A stretch of 64,000 bases of DNA, taken from NCBI GenBank assembly GCA_047495785.1, contig JBLDXI010000036.1:558001-622000 (forward strand), given 5' to 3'. The notes under the pieces are model-generated. The model saw only the letters and a list, made by a program, of their open reading frames with translations. It ran no database searches and was not told the DNA's origin. Positions 49,193-58,616 of this stretch are shown here, one piece after another. Position numbers and translations under genes: made by a program. Position 1 is the first letter of the stretch. Every line of letters starts with the position of its first letter. Source of the stretch: Lepidodermella squamata (taxonomy: Eukaryota; Animalia; Gastrotricha).

Positions 49193-49744
49193 GGAGATCG
49201 GCGTTGTGACGAGAAAAATCTGGAACCAGTGAATATGCATCTATCAAAAACTGTTATGGATTGCCTAACTCCCAACATAATGGTTCAAGGGATATGTTTA
49301 CTTGCAATACGGTGTAGGTGACCGGCAATAAATCTTTACGTTAGAATATTTCGCTGTAACCTTTCCACTAAAATTGGTATATTTTACATAATTTCCCTGT
49401 AATTTGCAAAAATGCAAAATTTTGAATCCAGGATTGCTAATGTGTTCACACCAGACCTAGGTTCAGTCTTTTTCTTGTTGTCATAATAGCAATTGAGAAA
49501 TTGATCAATTAAATAAAATAAATACTTATTCAATTACCAAATTTGCGGTCACGAAAGATTATTTCACCGCTATTCATGAATGCAAAACACCTAATCCTAT
49601 AGATGCATTAATATCTCGCAGCCGTTTCGCGTTCAAAAGGCTTAGAGCGTAAAAAGCCAGCTTAAAAATCCCGAGCCGGCTTTTTCATCTCGCAACAAAT
49701 TACACTCAATACTACGACCATTACAAAATGCTGCCATTGAAAAT

Positions 49745-50425
49745 ATGGCTGATACAAAATTGCTCGTGACACTAGTCGTTGTAGTATCAACAATCTCGCT
49801 AATACACGGTGACGCATGGCTCGATTTCGACGTGTATTACTTTGAATATTACCAGAAAAAATTATCGAATTTCTGCGCGATTGGCAATTCAACCGAAGTT
49901 GGACGGCTTTTGCTTGGAGAGCCGCAGCTTGATGTTAACTGGCGATGGCCGGCTCGATTAACGTGTTCAAACGGCTGTTTTTGCCTTCAAAATGCTACAC
50001 CCCTTCTTCGAGCTGCCGCCTGTAGGAACAACGCGAAATTTCGATATGCCACAGCCTATCTTTTGATAAATCACGGCGCTGATCCTAATCTCAGCGAGAC
50101 TTCAAGTGGATTCACGCCGCTGTTCCTCGCGTGTTCGAATGGCCTGGTTTCTATTGTCCGGCTTCTTTTAAACAACAACGCCGCGATTGAGGAGCGAAAT
50201 ATCTATGGAGAAACAGCGTTAATGGCCGCGGCGGGTGATGGGAGTCTAGAAATCGTTAAATTGCTGCTGGATCGCGGGGCGGAAATCGATGCCGTGGATG
50301 ATAGTGGAAATTCGGCCCTAATTCATGCAGCCTTTCACGAAAATACTGCTGTGGTTAGGGAACTTCTTAGTCGAAATGCTTCGTTTGACAACTGCCTTTT
50401 CCCTGCTTGCTACGGAATCGCCTAA
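49745..50425 (+). CDS. Signal-peptide-bearing ankyrin repeat protein
   Basis: Hydrophobic N-terminus; ankyrin repeats; NWR.P...C...TPLL...C cap shared with the Sushi-ankyrin genes. Confidence 0.8.
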   Translation: MADTKLLVTLVVVVSTISLIHGDAWLDFDVYYFEYYQKKLSNFCAIGNSTEVGRLLLGEPQLDVNWRWPARLTCSNGCFCLQNATPLLRAAACRNNAKFRYATAYLLINHGADPNLSETSSGFTPLFLACSNGLVSIVRLLLNNNAAIEERNIYGETALMAAAGDGSLEIVKLLLDRGAEIDAVDDSGNSALIHAAFHENTAVVRELLSRNASFDNCLFPACYGIA

Positions 50426-50683
50426 TTTTATGAAAATAAAAAAGTAGACAGATTATGCAATATTCTGTGTTTCAGTCAGCATTTCGTTATCTTCCTTTTT
50501 CATCTCCGAAAACGGAGATATTTTCAACGTTTTTTGAAGCCCACTACCCACTTGTCTATCACCGATAAGACTGCGGACTGCGCGAAAGTTTGTCGAAATC
50601 ACCATATTTAGGCGACCTCAACTAGCACCATCTGATTACTACATCGGATGTTTTCAACATAGGATTTCCGGGTTCCAAATTAC

Positions 50684-50930
50684 TCATATAAGGTCCCTAA
50701 AATTCCCCCTGCACGCATAACACAAAACCATGCGATCACCATTTGGAACATGTTGTGCTCGGCCTTCCAAGAAAAAACGAGGGCCTTCAACTAAGACAAT
50801 TGTTCCACCATCGTGGGCGATAATGCCCTTAGTTCGAGCTGCCTCGAGGAGAGCGCCCGAAAACGGCTCAGCCATAGGACAATGCATCAAATACTAAAGC
50901 ATGATATATGGGTTTGAATGTCATCCTTCA
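50684..50930 (-). pseudogene. MTAP: Methylthioadenosine phosphorylase (MTAP) fragment
   Basis: HCPMAEPF...GTIVLVEGPRF matches the MTAP motif; the frame is broken on both sides. Confidence 0.6.
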
Positions 50931-51089
50931 GGCTAATATCAGGAGGAGGGGACCCAGACCGTAAAAAAATCCGGAAAAAAATCGGTTAAAAGGAGTAGAA
51001 TTGGCAGAAAATAAAGGAAAAAAAACAGACAAAAAAAAACAAGAAAAAAAAAGATATAAAAAACGAGGTCAATACATTCATTTTTTATT

Positions 51090-51743
51090 TCAATGTTCAG
51101 TGTGGGAGATATCATCTAGGATAGTTAAATCATCGTCATTGAGTTCTACGGAGAAATGGGTTTCATATATAGAGGAGCAAAAAAGGATGAATTTGGTGAC
51201 TAGGGCTAGTCCATCCTCGAATGTGTTGAATCCCATAGCGGTGAACTTGTGTGAGACAGGGAATAGATTTACTTTTCCGAGATTGAATGTGAGGCGTATG
51301 GCAGAGAATGTTTCAGGAATGTAAACAGTCAAAATTTGTTCGGGACTCGATGCTCGCAGCATAAGGTTGTACAGCGACGTTGTGCATGTAAATCGAAACG
51401 GCAGTGTCCCAGTGAGAACAATGTTTCGTATTTTGAAGTCTGAGAAGTCAGGATCACGCCTGATCCAACGGGATATTCTGAGTGCCATTCGACGAGCATC
51501 TATCTCGAAATCGAGAATGGATTTTGCACCCATCCCACCTAGAATGATTACTCGTCCTGAAGAGGAAACCATTGCAGTGATATTTCTTTTCAAGCATCTT
51601 ATTTTAACATTGCGAGGGACGGAGCTGCTATTAAAGTAGGTATTGACTCCAGTTAGCGCTAGCAGTCGTAGATTAACATGACAGTTCAAAGAGAATGTAG
51701 CAACAATGTTTGCAATGCGTAGATCAACGTCGTACTGGATCAT
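51090..51743 (-). CDS. Divergent TATA-binding-protein-like protein
   Basis: Two TBP repeats: IANIVATFSL...TAMVSSSGRVIILG and FKIRNIVLTG...YIPETFSAI...VNLF. Confidence 0.8.
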   Translation of the reverse strand: MIQYDVDLRIANIVATFSLNCHVNLRLLALTGVNTYFNSSSVPRNVKIRCLKRNITAMVSSSGRVIILGGMGAKSILDFEIDARRMALRISRWIRRDPDFSDFKIRNIVLTGTLPFRFTCTTSLYNLMLRASSPEQILTVYIPETFSAIRLTFNLGKVNLFPVSHKFTAMGFNTFEDGLALVTKFILFCSSIYETHFSVELNDDDLTILDDISHTEH

Positions 51744-51749
51744 TTGTAG

Positions 51750-51975
51750 TTAATCCGATGTAAGAAGCGGCTCCAAGTATACTCCGTATCTAGTTATCAT
51801 ATCTGTCTCATATTGAGAAGTTATAAGGTCTAAGGTAGAGCGAGCAGACGGACGAAGTTTGGGCTCCTTCGTCAGCATGGTAAATAGAATATTCAGTAAT
51901 GGATCATAAAACTTGACATCTACAGAACACACTGCTTTTATACAGTTTAAGAACGAGCTGATGTCTTTAGTTTTA
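51750..51975 (-). pseudogene. Possible protein kinase C-terminal remnant
   Basis: LLNILFTMLTKEPKLRPSARSTL resembles kinase subdomain XI; the N-terminal part is missing. Confidence 0.4.
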
Positions 51976-51989
51976 GCAATGACATCTAA

Positions 51990-53192
51990 ATCTACTACGA
52001 TCCTGCCGAGCCGGGTAGCTTGGGTAGCGTTACTGCTCTCTACAAAGCATACAAAGTCAAACATCCGAAGAGGGCGGTTAACGTCAAACAGGTCCGCGAC
52101 TGGCTAGGTAATCAGCGAACTTGGAGTGTATACAAGCAGGTCAGCACGCGCAATCGGAATAAGAGAAAAGTAGCATGCTTCAGTCGTCATAGTCTGTTCG
52201 CCATTGACTTGCTTGACGTTCGAAATCAGAAGGACAGCAATGATAACACGCAGTACTTACTCACCTGTAAAGATACTTACTCTAGAATGGCATTCGTTCA
52301 GCCCATGAAGAATAAGACTGCTGAAGAATCATTGCGAGCGCTGAAACGAGTTTTCAATGATCTTAAGCGTGTGCCATACGCTGTCGTGGCAGACCGAGGG
52401 CTTGAGTTTTTCAACAAAAAAGTAACGACTTACTTGAATAACTTGGGCGTACACATGTTTTCAACCAACTCTGAGAAAAAAGTTCCACAAATTGAATCAT
52501 TCAACAAGCTACTCCGAATTAGACTTGCGAAATTGGCCTTAGCTCGGAACGACCATCGATACCTGGATGACCTTCAAGACATTGTAAGAGTTTATAATCA
52601 AAGCAAACATTCTGTAACCAAAATGTCTCCAATCGCGTTGTACGAAGATGCTGATAGTGGTCGTAAGATCGATAGTTACCCCAATTTAAACCTTGAGATA
52701 TTCGAAGATAGTCCTATGCAGCTGGAAGCATTTGAAAACATTTTTGGACCAACATACAAAGCATCCAACCGTCAGAAAAATATATCAGAGAAACAGAAGT
52801 TTTCTGTTGGGGACGTTGTGCGAATATCTGCAGAGAGGGGTGTGTTCGATCGTACCCGCCATTTCAATTACACGGATGAGTATTTTAAGGTGGCGAGGGT
52901 AATCGCAGCGGACGATTTCGGGCCTTACACATACAAATTGAATGGATGGAGCGCCGACGATGGAGATTACACCGATACGGTGGCAGGCGTGTTTTATTCT
53001 TACGAGCTTCAAAAAGTCCGCCTTCCAGAAGAGTACCTCATTGATGAAATAGGAACAGAAAAACGTAAATTTCCAGATGGGACAACGCGGGTTTTAGTTA
53101 GTTGGCTCGGCTTTCCTCGATCTCAAAGTTCATGGGAACCTATTAGTGCAATCAAGAAGGTGGGATCGCGGGCGCCTAAAAAGCGGAAATGA
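51990..53192 (+). CDS. Retroviral-like (rve) integrase with C-terminal chromodomain; start codon missing or frameshifted
   Basis: IYYDPAEPGSLGS N-terminus; D (FAIDL), D (VADRGLEF), E (IESFNK); chromodomain LVSWLGFP...SWEP. Confidence 0.92.
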   Translation: MYYDPAEPGSLGSVTALYKAYKVKHPKRAVNVKQVRDWLGNQRTWSVYKQVSTRNRNKRKVACFSRHSLFAIDLLDVRNQKDSNDNTQYLLTCKDTYSRMAFVQPMKNKTAEESLRALKRVFNDLKRVPYAVVADRGLEFFNKKVTTYLNNLGVHMFSTNSEKKVPQIESFNKLLRIRLAKLALARNDHRYLDDLQDIVRVYNQSKHSVTKMSPIALYEDADSGRKIDSYPNLNLEIFEDSPMQLEAFENIFGPTYKASNRQKNISEKQKFSVGDVVRISAERGVFDRTRHFNYTDEYFKVARVIAADDFGPYTYKLNGWSADDGDYTDTVAGVFYSYELQKVRLPEEYLIDEIGTEKRKFPDGTTRVLVSWLGFPRSQSSWEPISAIKKVGSRAPKKRK

Positions 53193-53202
53193 TATATAAA
53201 AG
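53193..53202 (+). promoter_or_regulatory. TATA box (TATATAAAAG); equivalents at 55646, 56236 and 58059
   Basis: TATATAAA lies 48-63 nt upstream of four structural/packaging ATGs. Confidence 0.65.
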
Positions 53203-53255
53203 CCAATGAGTAGATCACCCTGAAAAAGAATTTATCTATCATCATAATATCTGAA

Positions 53256-53342
53256 ATGCCATCGCGAGTCAGGCGAGTTTATCGTAAGCGAAAATACACA
53301 GCTCGTCGACGTTCATATAAGACCATCCGTAGACGGTACTAA
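53256..53342 (+). CDS. 28-aa protamine-like Arg-rich core peptide
   Basis: MPSRVRRVYRKRKYTARRRSYKTIRRRY; downstream of a TATA box; stop overlaps the next ATG (TAATG). Confidence 0.65.
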   Translation: MPSRVRRVYRKRKYTARRRSYKTIRRRY

Positions 53343-53608
53343 TGCAATCGTCCACCTCATTACCGTGCCGATTAGATCACGCGGACTTTAAGATAATAGC
53401 AACAACGCAACGAGATCGACTAGATAGTTGTCGAAGCACAGGCAGTAGGTTTCTAGCAGCAGTTTTGGCGAGGCGAACAATAGTAGGTGCTGCCTCAGTA
53501 TCTCTACTATTGACAGCGTGTTTCGCGATTGAAATTTGGAACGAACAGCTGTTGAAATACCTGATATCAAGCATCAGCAGTAATTCCACCCGGAATAATG
53601 TCACCTAG
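53342..53608 (+). CDS. Small predicted single-pass membrane protein
   Basis: Hydrophobic segment IVGAASVSLLLTACFAI; overlaps both neighbouring ORFs. Confidence 0.5.
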   Translation: MQSSTSLPCRLDHADFKIIATTQRDRLDSCRSTGSRFLAAVLARRTIVGAASVSLLLTACFAIEIWNEQLLKYLISSISSNSTRNNVT

Positions 53609-55637
53609 ACCACATGAAATTCTCATTTACTTGGCGTCAAACGCTTCAAATTCATTGTTTCCGAATAATACTCCGTCATCATTCAGAATTAAGTTAGCGA
53701 ATGAAATCGATCTTGGTGGAACTGGAAATTGGGAGATGGCCTTATTAGAATTTAATGGTCCATCTCGTTGGCAGTCTCTAGAACCTATGAGTTTCTACGC
53801 GTTCGACTGTGCCTACATAGATGCTCTTAAGTATGAGGTGGATCCATTTAAAAAGGGGAAGGTCCATGAATGCCAGGTAGGAGGAGCTTATTACGCAGAT
53901 GTGGGGGATCTCATTTCGCATATGAACAAAAAAAACCCACTCGCGCGCGACATTAGACTTACATTCGACAAGAAATCGAACAGGGTCTCAGTGGACATCA
54001 CAAAAGGTAGCAGTGGAATTTATTTACCCACGATGCTAGCACAGGTCCTCGGTTTCCCAATCGCAGTTCTAGCGTTCCACTCGTTTGACGCTGAGGAAGA
54101 AGCTGCGATTAAGGCACTTGCTTACGACTTTGGCCATTTGTTGGGCTATTTCATCGCAGCTGCAGAGGGAAATGGTGGGGGTGGGGTAGGACGAAGATAC
54201 AAGCAGTCCCCTATTCCTCCGTACAAGCTGTCACAACCTCTCAATCAGTCAGGGAAAGAAATATTTGAAGGTCGAAAAATCAATTACGTGGGAAAACTAT
54301 ATGAATATCATAGTGGAGTAGGGGAAAACTTGAAATTTGATGGTGCTGAGGAGGAAATGGAAAAAATTAAGCGAGTGAAAAGGGATTCCCAGTCACGCGC
54401 AGTCAGCACTGGTCCTGCTGCATCTAGTAAAAATGATGTTGATTCAAGTGTAGATGTGTCGAATCCGAGTAAATTATTGAGTACCATTACAGCCCCCGTC
54501 ATCAACGTGGGGGCTAATCAACAAGCTCAAACTGCAGCCATCGATTCGGATCTTCCCACCACTGCATCCCTCAATGATGACGTAGCAACGAAAAATAATC
54601 TCGGAGAGACAGGAAACGTGACAATCGAACAACACTCCTCAGCAGTTACTGATACCCGGAATTCCCAAGCCGAAATTACTGATGCAAATGTTCAATCGAC
54701 AAGTGAGGCTCCAGATCAGGTAGGCAATCAGGCCAGCGCGAATAACGCACAGCCACCCTCAAATACCAGCCTTCCAGCAAGTGGTCGATCCGATGAAAGT
54801 CTACAAAATAAATCAGAAACTCACAAGAGTGGAGATGGAGAGATTGCTACGGTGAAATCAGAATCTTCAACCAGTGCAAAGAACACAGAGTCGAAATCTG
54901 ATCAAGAAGCTCCGCAGAATCCGGAAACGAGTAGTACGGACTCTGTGCCTCCCGTAAATAATAACAGAGCGGGCTCACAGTCATCCCCGAATAACAACAC
55001 TCCGCCCAGTGCTAATCTAGCAGATGAAGGCCTGACAAATAAACAGGAAAATCGGAATGGAGAACGGGAAAATACTGAGGAGGTGAAAGCCAAATCTTCA
55101 ACCGAAGGAGATGCGAAGAAGGTAGGATCGAATTCAGATCAAGAAACTCAGGCGCCGTCGATAAATCCAGACCTTCCGCAAAAAGACAATTCGAATTCTG
55201 AAATTTCTGAGAACACACCTGGATCAACTCAGCTGCAGCAGCCTAAGGTTGTGAAGAGACCGAGCTCGAAGGTGTTACACTCAATCGAATCTAGCTACCT
55301 CTATTACAATGTGAATAGCAAAAAGCAAGCACCTTATCCTCCACAGCTCGACTACGGATGTCCCTACCTGTACGTGTACCTGGACGTGCTTGATGACGTG
55401 TATGTCGGCGATTCGTTAACGCCTCTCCTACGAGTCATTCCCACGGAGAAATCTCACGATAAGCAAACTTTCTTCTCGAAGACATTTGAAAAGCCAATCT
55501 ATGTACCGATAAAGCGTCGTATGCTTGATGTCATTGAAGTCAGCATCAACAGAGACACAGGGGCTGAAGTGGTCTTCGAAGGTGGCAAGGTCTTGTTACT
55601 TGTTCATCTGCGCCCAACAAGCGGCAATAGACACTAA
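53598..55637 (+). CDS. Polinton minor capsid protein (penton) with a long low-complexity insertion
   Basis: N-terminal LASNAS..FPNNTPSSFRIKL...WEMAL; C-terminal LYVYLD...VGDSLTPLLRVI...PIYVP. Confidence 0.85.
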   Translation: MSPRPHEILIYLASNASNSLFPNNTPSSFRIKLANEIDLGGTGNWEMALLEFNGPSRWQSLEPMSFYAFDCAYIDALKYEVDPFKKGKVHECQVGGAYYADVGDLISHMNKKNPLARDIRLTFDKKSNRVSVDITKGSSGIYLPTMLAQVLGFPIAVLAFHSFDAEEEAAIKALAYDFGHLLGYFIAAAEGNGGGGVGRRYKQSPIPPYKLSQPLNQSGKEIFEGRKINYVGKLYEYHSGVGENLKFDGAEEEMEKIKRVKRDSQSRAVSTGPAASSKNDVDSSVDVSNPSKLLSTITAPVINVGANQQAQTAAIDSDLPTTASLNDDVATKNNLGETGNVTIEQHSSAVTDTRNSQAEITDANVQSTSEAPDQVGNQASANNAQPPSNTSLPASGRSDESLQNKSETHKSGDGEIATVKSESSTSAKNTESKSDQEAPQNPETSSTDSVPPVNNNRAGSQSSPNNNTPPSANLADEGLTNKQENRNGERENTEEVKAKSSTEGDAKKVGSNSDQETQAPSINPDLPQKDNSNSEISENTPGSTQLQQPKVVKRPSSKVLHSIESSYLYYNVNSKKQAPYPPQLDYGCPYLYVYLDVLDDVYVGDSLTPLLRVIPTEKSHDKQTFFSKTFEKPIYVPIKRRMLDVIEVSINRDTGAEVVFEGGKVLLLVHLRPTSGNRH

Positions 55638-55705
55638 TCAATTGCTATATAAAAGCTTGATGTTGTGTAATTATCTTACTATAGCTGTCGAAAGTTTGAA
55701 ATAAA

Positions 55706-56230
55706 ATGCATAGCGCTGATGCTTACGAGGCTTTTCTATTGCACCAAAGTGGATACGGTAACATTGAGCCGTACCGCGGTCATCCGATAGTATTCCCATC
55801 TTATCAGGTGAATATCAAAAGGAGGAATAGGAATATATCGTTTACAGAGAATTTATGTGTATAGGTTGGCTCAGGATTCGGCAGTATGGCATCAAATTTT
55901 TTCCGAAGGTAGAAGAATAATGCGAGTGTCAAATATATTTAATTTCCCCATTTCAGGCACTTCATACCTCTGCTCGGACCTCTATTCCGTAATCTCAGTG
56001 CTACATCAGCAAACATTGCAGCTGACCTCATAGAAAACAACAGCGCAGATCCAGGTTCCGTTTTGAAACAACGGGGACTTGAAGGAGTCAAAGGTCTGGC
56101 ACGTGACGTGCTGTCCCGCGTCGGAACTCAAATGGGCTCAGGTCGCAGGCGACGACGCACGAAGACAAGTAAAACTGCTCCGAAGAAGAAGAAGGGGCGG
56201 AAGACGTCAAATAAGCGTGTCTACCTATAA
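55706..56230 (+). CDS. Polinton core/membrane-active protein (exons 55706-55807, 55865-55908, 55957-56230; 139 aa)
   Basis: Three QxGxG motifs (QSGYG, QVGSG, QMGSG), an amphipathic helix and a basic tail; introns of 57 and 48 nt. Confidence 0.8.
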
Positions 56231-56283
56231 AATTGTATATAAAGATGAGAGATCTCCTCTAGCTTTTATCCAAAACCAAAACA

Positions 56284-57567
56284 ATGTTCATCCATCCAGC
56301 GAGTGAGCATGCACTGCGTAGCGAGCTCAACGTTTTTACACTGACACCAACGCAAGTTGAAATCGAAAGCAACTACATCAATGAGTACAGTCCTACAACA
56401 TCTCTGACGAATGGCAACCGTATAGATTTTGATGTCCCAGCAAGTGGGGACTGGACAGATTTAAGCCGGTCATTTATTGAGGTCGTATGCAAAATCGAGA
56501 AAAATGCAGCGGGAGGAGAAGCAGCTGAAGCCGTACCAGTAAACTTGTTACTTCACTCGTTATTTAGTCAAGCGGATATGTCTTTGAATAACGTACAAAT
56601 TAGCGAACCGAGCCCGACGTATCACTATCAATCAATGATATCAACACTTTTGAGCTATAGCACGGAAGCAAAGAGTACACACCTGGCTCTGCAGGGATAC
56701 TTCGAAGAAGAAGCTGGGAAAATGGATGATGTTTCAGACACGGATGTATACAAGAAGAAGTTGGAGTGGGTTAAGAAAGGTGAACTCGTTTTGATAGGAA
56801 AGCCGCACCTCACGCTTTTTGGACAGCCCAAATTTTTGATCCCTGGCTGTATGCTCAAGTTATCATTCATTCGAGCTCCTGATGCATTCGTGTTGATGTC
56901 TTCCAAAGCGGCCGGAACTTACAGTCTAAAGGTCACCAGCGCGAAGTTGTTGCTTCGTAGGGTAAAAGTAGCTCCTCAGTTCACGTTGGCGTTGAATCGA
57001 ACTTTGACTAAAACACCTGCCAAGTATGGAGTAGTTCGAAGCTTCATAAAAGTTCTGAACCTACAGCAAGGGTCGTTCAACTACAACTTTTCGAACGTAC
57101 ACATCGGAAAAATTCCACGACGTTTGGTTCTTGCTCTCGTGTCTGACGCTGCATTCAAAGGAGACCTTAAAAAGAATCCTTACAACTTCGTTCATAAGGA
57201 CATTCAACGGATCTCGGTATACATTGATAGCGAACATGTTCCACTCAGTCCCTTGGAGGTTGACTTCTCAGGAACAGCGAGTAACCGCGCCATGCATGCG
57301 CTAAACGAGGCAATACACCCGTTCTCGAATCGGAAGAGCTCACTGACTCTAGATGAATTCTCGAAGGGTGGCAAATGCTTGTTCGCATTTGATCTCACTC
57401 AAGACTCGAGCAGGAGTGTGTACAGTGTCGTAAAGACTGCAGTAATGAAAATTGACTTGGTATTTAAAACAGCACTGGATGAAAATGTGGCTCTGTTATG
57501 CTACTTTGAATCCGACCAAGTTTTAGAGGTAACATTCAACCGCTCTGTTGTAGCTGATTTCACCTAA
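56284..57567 (+). CDS. Polinton major capsid protein (double jelly roll)
   Basis: SELNVF...PTQ, LHSLFSQ, GKIPRRL, KNPYNF and FAFDLT motifs. Confidence 0.92.
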   Translation: MFIHPASEHALRSELNVFTLTPTQVEIESNYINEYSPTTSLTNGNRIDFDVPASGDWTDLSRSFIEVVCKIEKNAAGGEAAEAVPVNLLLHSLFSQADMSLNNVQISEPSPTYHYQSMISTLLSYSTEAKSTHLALQGYFEEEAGKMDDVSDTDVYKKKLEWVKKGELVLIGKPHLTLFGQPKFLIPGCMLKLSFIRAPDAFVLMSSKAAGTYSLKVTSAKLLLRRVKVAPQFTLALNRTLTKTPAKYGVVRSFIKVLNLQQGSFNYNFSNVHIGKIPRRLVLALVSDAAFKGDLKKNPYNFVHKDIQRISVYIDSEHVPLSPLEVDFSGTASNRAMHALNEAIHPFSNRKSSLTLDEFSKGGKCLFAFDLTQDSSRSVYSVVKTAVMKIDLVFKTALDENVALLCYFESDQVLEVTFNRSVVADFT

Positions 57568-57568
57568 T

Positions 57569-58171
57569 ATGCTGAACGGAGAGCAATTGAACACGCAGCA
57601 ACTAGATTATTTGCTATACAATGATCATTATCTCCAATGCAATACACCAATAAAAAAGACTATTCCCTGGGACTTGTTATTCAATTTCCGTCGGTCGTCA
57701 ATTGCTCGACCTATGGGTTTCATCGTGAATACTGATAGTGCGGGACGACCAGGCAGGCATTGGCTTGCAATCTATGTACCCATACAACGAGACCCTGCAG
57801 TGCTATTTGATAGTTTTGGTCAGCGGGGTTTCTTCTACAACGAAGCTATCGAAGATTTTTTGCTAGATATAAATTCATTGGATGAGTATTCATTCAATGC
57901 AAAGCCGTATCAGAGCCTTGATTCAGCCGTTTGTGGGTACTATTCCTATTTGTTTTTGCATTGGATGGCGCGCGGAGGCAGCATAACTTCTTTCCAAGGA
58001 CTCCTGGACCGAAATCTTAGCAATGTCGACTCCTTTGTAGTGAATCAGGTGAAACGCCTATATAAATCAGGAAAACACCCTCCGTGCTCACATTGCTCTA
58101 CGAGGGATCAAACATGTCTACCAGCACGCATGTGGCAGTGCCGAAGGAAATTGAATGCTCCCTCAGTTTGA
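57569..58171 (+). CDS. Adenain-like cysteine protease
   Basis: VNTD...GRHWLA, FDSFG, QSLDSAVCGYY. Confidence 0.92.
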   Translation: MLNGEQLNTQQLDYLLYNDHYLQCNTPIKKTIPWDLLFNFRRSSIARPMGFIVNTDSAGRPGRHWLAIYVPIQRDPAVLFDSFGQRGFFYNEAIEDFLLDINSLDEYSFNAKPYQSLDSAVCGYYSYLFLHWMARGGSITSFQGLLDRNLSNVDSFVVNQVKRLYKSGKHPPCSHCSTRDQTCLPARMWQCRRKLNAPSV

Positions 58172-58504
58172 AAGCTCCATTTTGCGCACTAGTAATTGGT
58201 CCGTCTGGAGCTGGTTAGTGTATATATTTCACGCTCTATAAAGTATATAAAATGAATTTTCGGTTTTGTATTAGGAAAGACTGAGCTGATTCGTAAGATT
58301 CTCAACGATGTAGAGTCGATAACACCAGCTCCGAAAAGAATACTGTGGTTGTATGGAGTTAGTCAGAAATTACACAACCACATCAAGGAAGAAGTTTTGG
58401 CTTCAAGAGGCATTGAAATCGAATTTCGCTCGGGTCTAGATAGCCTTAATTTCTCAGAGTTTGAAACTACAGCCGCAGAGGATGTCGAACCGGGACAGCT
58501 CTAA
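58114..58504 (+). pseudogene. A32/FtsK-like packaging ATPase, spliced (intron 58214-58274) and truncated before Walker B
   Basis: KAPFCALVIGPSGAG|KT: Walker A is split by a 61-nt intron; then PAPKRILWLYG; stop at 58502 with no Walker B. Confidence 0.8.
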
Positions 58505-58616
58505 TCGAAATTACCTAGTACAGCGTGGAGGTGCAGCCTTTGTTGTTCCGCTTTTGAGTGCTGCTGCAAGTTTGCTACCAACCATAGTAGAAGCCATTGT
58601 GAAAGCAAAGCGATAA
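58480..58616 (+). pseudogene. C-terminal remnant of a conserved small Polinton protein (LVQRGG + amphipathic tail)
   Basis: ...RNYLVQRGGAAFVVPLLSAAASLLPTIVEAIVKAKR*; stop overlaps the ATG at 58616. Confidence 0.55.

Noticed and set aside
56079-56306. Arg-rich ORF in the track
   Set aside because: Wrong frame of the spliced core gene exon 3.
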